Shown one piece after another: positions 39,381 through 47,332 of a stretch of 47,332 nucleotides of DNA. The DNA lies in contig JBCCQY010000057.1 in assembly GCA_039208735.1 (NCBI GenBank), positions 1-47,332 of the forward strand, given 5' to 3'. Within the stretch, counting starts at the first letter, position 1. Each line of letters begins with the position of its first letter. A program made the position numbers and the translations under genes. The DNA comes from Myxococcota bacterium (GTDB lineage: Bacteria > Myxococcota_A > UBA796 > GCA-2862545). The notes below the pieces were generated by a model. That model did not search any database and had not been told where the DNA came from. It saw only the letters and a program-made list of their open reading frames with translations.

Positions 39381-39638
39381 TCACCCGCATTGATTCCCAA
39401 GTTCGGGACACCGATCGTAGGACTCGAGACAGTTGAGATAGAAGGGCCCCCAGTCTCCTTCTTCCTTGCATTCTGCAAAGCATGTGTCGTAGGGGTAGTT
39501 GACGGTATTCCCTTTGACCTGAGTGCAGGTCCGCCACTCTTCGCACGCGGCATCACACAGAGCGTCCGTACTGGCGCAGCCCACGACTCCCGTGAGCAGG
39601 AGAAACGCGCTCCACTGCCTCCAACCCCTCGTCATCAT
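39381..39638 (-). CDS. Small Cys-rich lipoprotein
   Basis: Lipobox-like VVGC followed by 8 further Cys in ~65 aa. Confidence 0.65.
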   Translation of the reverse strand: MMTRGWRQWSAFLLLTGVVGCASTDALCDAACEEWRTCTQVKGNTVNYPYDTCFAECKEEGDWGPFYLNCLESYDRCPELGNQCG

Positions 39639-39898
39639 GGCACATCTCCTCGTTTGTGCGGTGGTTCATCGTATCCAGCTCCTCTGGTGAACGGCCCGAT
39701 GCTCATCGTGAGCGGTGGGGCATCCGGGGACGGTCGGCCGAGGGGTTCAATCCGGCGAGAGAGGGCATTCGTAGCTTTCTCATTCAGATTGGATTGGAAT
39801 GAGGCGAGCAAAATTCGCCGGTCGTCGAATGTTTCAAACACGCCATCGTCGAACGCGACATGGCAGCCGAGGAGGCTCGCTAAGTGGAGGAATCCTAG

Positions 39899-40294
39899 AT
39901 GCATCGATTCGGCTTCGTCGCGTTGATCCTTGCAGGGTGTGACTTCAACACTACAAACCTCTTTTCCTTCAACGGGATGATTCTCAACGACTCGGACGCC
40001 ACTATCGTGGAGGTTCGAACGTATACTATCGAGGCAAGCGCGGACCTTGCCCCGGAGGATTGCGAAGACCAACTCCGTGCGCTAGTCGAACCAGGTGGTA
40101 GCGGCGAAATTCGTTGGCCCGCGCTACGAGACGGTGGAGGATGGGACATCGAAGTCGTTCTCGAACCCGGCGGATGCACCTCCCGTGGTGCGGTTTGGCC
40201 GCACGAGGATTTCGTAGTTCCCGCAGGCGATGATCCCAAGCTTGCAGTTTGGTCTTCCGATTGCCTTTGTGAAGAGCTGTCGATCGGTAGGTAG
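39899..40294 (+). CDS. Putative lipoprotein
   Basis: GGAGG RBS; MHRFGFVALILAGC lipobox. Confidence 0.7.
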   Translation: MHRFGFVALILAGCDFNTTNLFSFNGMILNDSDATIVEVRTYTIEASADLAPEDCEDQLRALVEPGGSGEIRWPALRDGGGWDIEVVLEPGGCTSRGAVWPHEDFVVPAGDDPKLAVWSSDCLCEELSIGR

Positions 40295-40744
40295 CCATCC
40301 CCAGGCTGGAGTTTCTGATTTCAGTGCCTCGACACGACGCGAAGTGAGGGGATGTCACCGATCCCGACCTCGAGCGGATAACGGACCGAATTACGGCATC
40401 CTTCGTTAGGTCGTCGTACCGGCCGCAGAAGGCGTGGAAGCCTTCGCCGCCGAGTCCATGGCGGCCGAGCATGCGGAAGATGGCCCTCACGTCCTGCTCG
40501 GGTCGGGACATGCCCTCGGTCGGTGCCTCGTCGATGACCCAGGCCCGCGGGGCGTCGGGCCGAACGTAGACGTCCTCGTTCCAGTTCGGCAGCCAGCGCT
40601 CGTCCCGCATGGGCTTTGGGCTCGGGCTAGTTCCTGACGGGTGGAAACCGCCGAAGTCGATCCCCGGCGGCGCCATGCTGCGGTGCAGTTTCGAGGGGAT
40701 GCTGCGCGACAACAGCGTGCTGCGGCTTGACGATGTGCGTGTCC

Positions 40745-41210
40745 ACGTGAGGGGTGGTACGAGCGCGCGGTGGCGGCAGCGGAGCAGGGGGACGTGCACG
40801 GCCGGATCGACCACGCAAGCCTCGGGAGGAGCCTGCACTGTGTCGGCGGCTGGTGCCTGTCGCAGAGGGGGGCGTACGCGGAAGCACGGGGGTGGTACGA
40901 GCGGGCGGTGGCGGTGGCGGAGAAGGGGCAAGGGGACGCGCAGGGCCGCATCGACCACGCAAGCCTCGGGGTGAGCCTGCACATGGTCGGCGTCTGCCTA
41001 TCGGAGACGGGGGCGTATTCGGAAGCGCGGGGGTGGTACAAGCGGGCGGTGGCGGATGGAGCAGGGGGATGTGCACGGCCGCATCAACCACGACAGCCTC
41101 GCCATCAGCCTGGACGCAGTAGGCCACATGTGGAATCGGCTGGACCAACCGGCTGAAGCCAAAGCCTGGTTCGAGCGGGCTCGCCAAGCCCGAGCCCAAG
41201 CGTCCAAGTA
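40745..41210 (+). pseudogene. TPR-repeat gene fragment (GDVHGRIDHASLG repeats)
   Basis: Three repeats of RGWYERAVA..EQGDVHGRIDHASLG; frameshift near 41055; no N-terminus. Confidence 0.7.
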
Positions 41211-41864
41211 GCCCCACCCCGTGCGCCGCCGCGTCCTCGCCGGCGAGATCGGCCGCGAGAGAAGGCCGGCGCGGGGTCATCGCGGCCCCACCTGCGCACC
41301 CGGAAGCCGGGCATTCGAGGATGCTGCGGCGCGTCGTCGCGACCCTGAGTCTGGCTTGGAACGAGCGTGAGCCCGCTCGATCGGTTCGCGGATGTTCGGG
41401 CGCGGGTCGAGGTGCTCTTCCGCGAGGATCTTCGGGGTGCGGTTTGGTGTGCTGGACTCTGCGCTTCGACCGTGTTGCCCTGGATGTCCCTGCCGCACGC
41501 TCGGCCTGCGCTTCGGCTGGTGGGCTTGTGGGCTCAGGGGGTTCCGGTGTCGGCCTCACGGCTGCGCAAGGAGGGGCAGTACAGGCGTTTGCTGGGGTTC
41601 ATCGCCTCTCAGGCGGCACCGCTTTCGCACCCAGGTGTGTCGCCGCTGGGCGATTGGTTGCTGGAGCGAGGTTCCCGTCCCCGTCGCGTTGGCACGCTCG
41701 GAGCGTCGCTGACCTGGGCCCGCGCACATCGGCTTCGCTGGTGGGTTCCCGCACAGCGGTGGGCCGCGGAGCACCGCATCCTCCCCCCGCCTGCGCTCGT
41801 CCGCGGCCGCTTGTAGCGAGCATCACAGGACGATCCAACGTGAAGCCCGTGAGGAGTGAACCCC

Positions 41865-41960
41865 TTGCGGCCTCGAGGCCGGATGGGCGGTCGGCCGAAG
41901 GCCATCACGCCCGAGGTCTTCGCCATGGCCAAGCACCTGTACGACACCAAGACGTCTCGG
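41865..41960 (+). pseudogene. Resolvase/invertase C-terminal HTH remnant
   Basis: RGRMGGRPKAITPEVFAMAKHLY; no catalytic domain. Confidence 0.5.
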
Positions 41961-42047
41961 TGGGCGAATCTACACCCGACTGGGCATCACGAAGCGAACG
42001 TTCTACCGGTACCTGAAGGCCGAGCAGACCGCGGAGTCCGGTGACGA

Positions 42048-43055
42048 ATGACGAAGAAATCCCCCAGACACGACGGCTTCGTCCGCCGGCTGTTCGCCCA
42101 CCACGACGTCACGGTCGCCCAGCTGCGGTGGCTCGTCTCTCCCGCACTCGCGGCCGAGCTCGACTGGGCGACCCTGCGACAGGGCCCCACCGACACCGCA
42201 GACGTCACCGGTCGGGCCCGTCGCAGCGACGTCATCTTCGAGATTCGGACCCGCCGCGGAGACCCGCTCCTCCTCCACATCCTGCTCGAACACCAACGCG
42301 CGCCTGATCCGCTCATGGCCTTCCGTATGGTCCAGTACCAGACGCGGATCTGGCAGGCCTTCATCGATCACGTGGGCAAGGACACGCTGACCGCGTTGCC
42401 GCCCATCTTGCCCATCGTTCTGTACAACGGCACCCAGGCCTGGCGGGCCCCCGCCGCCATCGAGGACCTCGCCCGAGCTCCCGCTTCGTGGGCGCTGGGC
42501 GCCCACCAGCTCTCCGGCCGCTTCGTGCTCCTCGACCTGTCCCAGGTTCCCGATGACGCCATCGAGACTCAGGCGGCGAACGCGCACCTCGAACTCGGAC
42601 TTCTCGCCCTCAAGCACATCAGCGATCCCGATCCGTGGACCCGATTCCTCGAATGGGAAGCGTCCTTGCGCAAGGTCCGGGCCATGGCCCAGGGCAACGA
42701 CCGCATTCAGGCGGTCTTGCACTACCTCTTTCGTGCTGCCGCACCGCCCTCGGCGGAAGAACGACGGCGTGTTATTCAGCTTCTACCCGAATTCGAGAGT
42801 GACATCGTGACCTGGGAACAGCAAATCCGACAGGAGGCGCTTTCGGAAGGCGAGCGCAAGGGCCGCTCCGAAGGTCGCCTCGAAGGCCGCCTCGAAGCGC
42901 TTCGCCACACGGTGCGTGTCTTGCTGAAGGCGCGCTTCGGCGCGCTCACGAGCGAGGCGAAACGCCAGATCGACGAAGCCGACGAAGACACGCTGAACGA
43001 CTTTGTCGAACGCTTCCCCTCGTTCGAGGGCTCGCTGGACGAGTTCCTCGCGTGA
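42048..43055 (+). CDS. Rpn-family recombination-promoting nuclease / putative transposase
   Basis: HDGFVRRLF, RSDVIF, LLEHQ...DPLMAFRM, LPPILPIVLYNG..AW, EGERKGRSEGRLEG. Confidence 0.92.
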   Translation: MTKKSPRHDGFVRRLFAHHDVTVAQLRWLVSPALAAELDWATLRQGPTDTADVTGRARRSDVIFEIRTRRGDPLLLHILLEHQRAPDPLMAFRMVQYQTRIWQAFIDHVGKDTLTALPPILPIVLYNGTQAWRAPAAIEDLARAPASWALGAHQLSGRFVLLDLSQVPDDAIETQAANAHLELGLLALKHISDPDPWTRFLEWEASLRKVRAMAQGNDRIQAVLHYLFRAAAPPSAEERRRVIQLLPEFESDIVTWEQQIRQEALSEGERKGRSEGRLEGRLEALRHTVRVLLKARFGALTSEAKRQIDEADEDTLNDFVERFPSFEGSLDEFLA

Positions 43056-43482
43056 CCCTGGTTGCAGAGGAGCTCGATGCTCCAATCCTGTTGGTTGGGT
43101 GAGACCGCATCGACGGGACTGTCACTCACCAGGGTGTGCAGATCAAAACCAATGCCATCGGCATTGAGCAGCTCGAAAGCGAACGTGAAGCCAGCCCCTT
43201 CGAGGATGATGACAAGAAGAGGGTCCGACAGGGCGTTGAAGCAGGCAGGCGCCTAGCGCTGGCTACGCTTTTGCGGGCGTTTGCCGAACTGCTGGGAAGC
43301 CTTTGGTCCTTCAGATTGCGCCCACGGGCGACGGAAGAAACCAGAGTTCCACACCACCTTCCGCTCGTTGCCGGCCGACATGCGGGCACCCTCCGTCCCC
43401 GGTTTGGCCCCACCGTAGCGGTGACGAAGCGGTTTGTACGGGTGTGAACCGGTCCATGCGAACATCGAAGCGGGAGGCTCGG

Positions 43483-45644
43483 ATGCGCGGCGTGCACGCC
43501 CTGTACGACTACCTGGTTCGCAACGTGGGCGCGGCCCGCCTCGAACGGCTCATCGCCGTTGGGCCTCGCCCCCACCGTGCCCGAGCGGAGCTTCCCACCC
43601 CGGGCTCACTGGCCGAGCGGGCCCAGGCCTATGCCACCTGGCTCGAGCGGGAACAGGGGGTCGTGGAGGCGTGTACGGCCTGGCTTCCTCGTCGACCCTA
43701 CGACCATGTGGCGTTGCGGGCGGTGGTGCAGGCGTTTGGGGGGCCGACCACCGGCCCCTGGGCGGCTGTGGGTCCTGAGGGGCTGTCACGGTCTCACTTC
43801 GACGATGTGGTCACCGACCTTCCGATGGGACTGTCTGACGGCATCGACCGGACCGACCCGCTCACGGCGGCCGACTTGCTGCTGGCGGCCCAGCGGGTGG
43901 TCGCGTTCACCGGCCGTGCGGCGGAACTGGAGGGCCTCGAAGCGTGGCGCGACAGCGCCGCATCCCTTTCGGTGTTCCTGCTGCATGGACCCGGAGGGGC
44001 AGGGAAGACCCGGTTGGCCCAGCACCTCGCGCGTCGATCGCTTGGCCAAGGCTGGGAGGCGGGGTTCTTGGACCGTGGGGCGACAGCGACCCACCTCGAA
44101 GCCCTAGCCGTTGGGGTTCAACCACTGCTCGTGGTGGTGGACTACGCCGAGACCCGGGTGGGGCAGGTCGTGGAGGTCCTTCGGGGCGTTCTCGAGGCGA
44201 CCGCGGGGACTCGGCCCGTCGTGCGGGTGCTGTTGCTCGCCCGAGCCGCCGGCGAATGGTGGGACCAGTGGCCGCGGACCGAAGGGGCCCCTCGAGCGAT
44301 TCGACGCATCGTGGCCCAAAGCCCTGCCCCCCAGCGGCTTAAGCCCGTCAACGTCGAACGACAGGCGTTCTGGGACGCAGCCTGGCCGGCCCTCGCGGCC
44401 CAACCCTTGTTGGGCCTTGCCTCCGTTCCTGAGACGTTGCCCTTTCCCGAGCGTCTCGAGGACGACCTGCAAGGTCGACCGCTCTACCTGTCCATGGCCG
44501 CGTTCTTGCAGCTAAAGTCCGGTCAACCCCTGCCCAAGGGCGATGACCGGTACGTGCTCGACGAGATGCTCGAGCACGAGCGAACGTACTGGCAACAGGC
44601 GCTGCGGCACGAGACCGGCGGACAGCGGGCGGAGGGCGCTCACCTCGAGCGGTTGCTCGTGGCGTTGCGGCTTCGGGAGGGGTGTACAGAAGCCGAGTTG
44701 TCCGAGGTGCTGGTCCACGCGAATTCGTCGTTCGTGGATAGGCACAGCCAAGCCCGGGCCGTGGCCCGGCTGTACACGGACCGCTCGGGGGAAGCCAAAG
44801 GCCCCCTTCGCCGGTGCGTCCGCTCGAGCCCGACGTGCTCGGCGAGCACCTGGTTGACCAGCACCTGGACCGGGACCCCGGACTGTTGGACGAGGTGCTC
44901 GACCATCCGGATTGGACGCCTCAGCGCGCCCCCCTCGATGTGCTTCACCGACTGCACACGCGCACCGGGGAGGTGCGGTGGCTGAAGCAGGCGCTCTCGG
45001 GGCGACTGGTACGGTGGTGGAAGCCCGCACTTGCGGTTGCGCAGGAGGCGGACAGTGCGCTTCCTTCGGTGCTCGAGGAGGCCTTTGCCCAGACGCCCTT
45101 GTTGCCGGACAATGCGCGGGTGACGCTGTACAACGCGTTGCCCGAGGCCCAGCGAACCGTTGCGCTCGCGCCTTTGGCGGTGTTGGTCGCCGAAGCCTTG
45201 CTTCAGTCCGGGGCGCTGGATGAGGCCGCTCGGGCGGCTCGGCTCACCAACCTCGGCCTCCGACTGTCGGCGCTGGGGCAGCGGGAGGCCGCGTTACAGG
45301 CCACCGAAGAAGCGGTGGGGCTCTACCGCCCACTCGCCGAGGCCCAGCCCGACGCTTTCCTCCCCGACCTCGCAGGTAGCCTATGGACCCACGGCGATAG
45401 CCTAACGGCCATGGATGACCGGAAGGACGACGCGGTCGAAGCCTACGGCGAAGCGTTGACGCACTTGGTTCCCTTGGCCCGTCAGCATCCCAATGACTTT
45501 CGTGGACAGGTTCGCGGCACGTGGGCTGACCTCCAAGCGGCCCGACTTCCGGGGACAAGCCTCTCGCCCTCCGTCGCGTGTGCCTGCCACGAGCTGGTCG
45601 CCCTGGGGCTTCTGGACTCATCGGACGCGACCGAGGCGCGGTAG
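43483..45644 (+). pseudogene. P-loop NTPase-TPR (STAND-like) protein, frameshifted near 44810
   Basis: LHGPGGAGKTRLA, LLVVVDYAET, VRVLLLARAAGEWW. It continues in another frame as RPLEPDVLGEHLV...LTNLGLRLSALGQREAALQATEEAVGLYRPLAEAQPDAFLPDLAGSL. Confidence 0.8.
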
Positions 45645-45983
45645 CTCGACTCGCAAGTCCGACCCGATTCCTGCCACCTCGGAGTCCAGAGCTGGCATGA
45701 TAAGTGCAGCGAGGACTTGGCTTGGGTGGGCTTGTTTCCAGATGTCCTCCGCCACTTCAGCTCACAGATAAGATTGAAAGATGTTTCCTTCCTCTGGCGG
45801 TCTGGAGCATGGGCAACAAATGGGCAACCGACAGTTCAGGGGTGGTCGATTATCAAGGTTCGCTCGTTAGGCCTTCCCACCACTCCAACACCCGATAATC
45901 GCGTCGTGTTTTGAAATCAGAAGACTCAGATGTCGCGAAAAACAGGTTGCTTGTTCTGCTCCTCCACTCCTCCGCCCCAAAGC

Positions 45984-46757
45984 TCATTGCCGCAACGCCT
46001 CGGCGATGGCTCGCGCCACCGCTTCAGGGCTCCCGAGCGCCTGGGCATCCAGGCTCTGGAGGATGGCGAGGCCCGGCGGCACCTCCGCGACCTCGTCGGG
46101 GACGCCGTCGAGGTAGACCGGGAAGAGCCCGTGGTCGTGCTTGCGGTACAGCGCAATGCCCCGCATGAGTTCTTCTTGTTGCCAGAACGCCCCGGACCAA
46201 TGCGATGAAAGCGCGAGGACCGTGGCGTGCGCGGTGCGCTGGGCGTTCCACAGGCCAGAGTTCCACACTTCGCCCACCGCCAGGTGGTCGCGGTCTCGGA
46301 ACACTCGGAGCCCCTCGTTCCGCAGGGCCTCGGCGAGCGCGGCGACCCGCTCGCGATCGGGGGATGCGTAGGACAGGAAGACGTCCCACACCGGGGCTTC
46401 GGTCTGTTCGTGCGCGACGTCGTCCACCGCGGTGAGCAGCTCCGCGGGGTCGAGTTCGGACAGGTCGACCGACCGGCCCCCGAAGCGAAGGCGGATGCCA
46501 CGACCTTCGGCCCACGCGGCAAGCCGGCGGAGGGTCTCGCCCACCTGCAGGCGGTCGACGAGCGACCAGGTGGCGACCGCCGCAATGGGCAGGGTGAGGA
46601 GGAGTTGGGCGAGCTGGAGTTCGTCACTCTTGAGGTCCTCGGGGGGCACCACCCGGCCCTCGTCGGTGACGAGCGGTGCGCCGAGGATGCGAGCCAGGGC
46701 TTCTTGCAGCGCGAGCGCCAGGGCGGGGTCGGGCGTCTCAAAGGTCCAACGGGTCAT
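45984..46757 (-). CDS. TIR-domain protein
   Basis: WDVFLSYASPDRERVAALAEALRNEGLRVFRD...GEVW...FWQQEELMRG...LFPVYLDG. The ATG overlaps the stop of the upstream TPR gene. Confidence 0.88.
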   Translation of the reverse strand: MTRWTFETPDPALALALQEALARILGAPLVTDEGRVVPPEDLKSDELQLAQLLLTLPIAAVATWSLVDRLQVGETLRRLAAWAEGRGIRLRFGGRSVDLSELDPAELLTAVDDVAHEQTEAPVWDVFLSYASPDRERVAALAEALRNEGLRVFRDRDHLAVGEVWNSGLWNAQRTAHATVLALSSHWSGAFWQQEELMRGIALYRKHDHGLFPVYLDGVPDEVAEVPPGLAILQSLDAQALGSPEAVARAIAEALRQ

Positions 46758-47332
46758 GGCGCATCCGGTTTCGTGACGAACTGCGAAACGATGCCCTCGA
46801 GCTGCTGCTGCAGGGCGAGAAAGCCGTGGGTCTTGGCCATGGCGTGGGCCTCGACCAACAGTTCGACCGCCTTGGGGAGGACCTCGGTGCGCTGCCCGTT
46901 CAAGAGCGTCAGGGCGATGTTGGCCTTGCACACCAAGAGTTCCCGCACATCGCCAAGGCGTTCGAAGACGGGAAGCAGCTCTTCGGTGCGGATGCGCAAG
47001 GCCTCGTCGAGCTGCCCTCGCCGTACCAGGATGTCCGCAACCTTGCCCATCGTCACGGCGCGAGACCTCACATCGCCGAGGCGTTCGAAGACGGGAAGCA
47101 GCTCTTCGGTGCGGATGCGCAAGGCCTCGTCGAGCTGCCCTCGCGCTACGAGAATGTCCGCAACCTTGCCCATCGTCACGGCGCGAGACCGCACATCGCC
47201 GAGGCGTTCGAAGACGGGAAGCAGCTCTTCGGTGCGGATGCGCAAGGCCTCGTCGAGCTGCCCTCGCGCTACGAGGATGTCCGCAACCTGGCCCATTGTC
47301 ACGGCGCGAGACCGCACATCGCCGAGGCGTTC
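46754..47332 (-). CDS. TPR-repeat protein, 3' end (5' part beyond the window)
   Basis: Near-identical 41-aa/123-bp repeats GDVRSRAVTMGKVADILVARGQLDEALRIRTEELLPVFERL; unit boundaries at 46946, 47069, 47192 and 47315. Confidence 0.9.
   Translation of the reverse strand, partial: ERLGDVRSRAVTMGQVADILVARGQLDEALRIRTEELLPVFERLGDVRSRAVTMGKVADILVARGQLDEALRIRTEELLPVFERLGDVRSRAVTMGKVADILVRRGQLDEALRIRTEELLPVFERLGDVRELLVCKANIALTLLNGQRTEVLPKAVELLVEAHAMAKTHGFLALQQQLEGIVSQFVTKPDAP

Noticed and set aside
46946..47332. Second CRISPR-like array
   Set aside because: The 123-bp units are contiguous, in-frame coding TPR repeats without spacers.

Overview
High-GC bacterial DNA; gene content (TIGR02147 protein, GDVHGRIDHASLG-type TPRs, ECF sigma/anti-sigma, lipoproteins) suggests Myxococcota/deltaproteobacteria, which is inference only. 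The window looks like a defence/accessory island with four parts. (1) About 1-13.8 kb is a mosaic of toxin-antitoxin modules (VapBC-like, addiction-module/ParE, AbiEi/AbiEii remnants), two Uma2 nucleases, an AAA+/DUF4143 ATPase, an IS21 remnant and many gene fragments. It is punctuated by a recurring ~160-bp element: a conserved arm ending in the 3' half of tRNA-Pro(CGG), starting at the anticodon loop. Full copies lie at ~5.0, 7.7 and 9.8 kb, an arm-only copy at 6.1 kb and a core-only copy at 32.9 kb. This suggests a tandem, integron-like array of tRNA-att-bounded cargo units with no integrase in the window. (2) An atypical lipoxygenase-family gene (14.0-15.8 kb). (3) A complete type I-G (I-U) CRISPR-Cas locus (cas3, cas8g, cas7/csb1, csb2, cas4-cas1, cas2; 33 repeats/32 spacers) plus a WYL-hypothetical-TIGR02147 cluster, all enclosed by a 216-bp direct repeat that duplicates the lipoxygenase 3' end and a 46-aa membrane ORF. 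(4) About 32-47 kb holds ordinary accessory genes (RRM, methyltransferase, P450, GNAT, ECF sigma/anti-sigma), an Rpn nuclease, a frameshifted NTPase-TPR gene and a TPR-repeat gene coupled to a TIR gene. All family calls come from motif recognition by eye; no searches were run.
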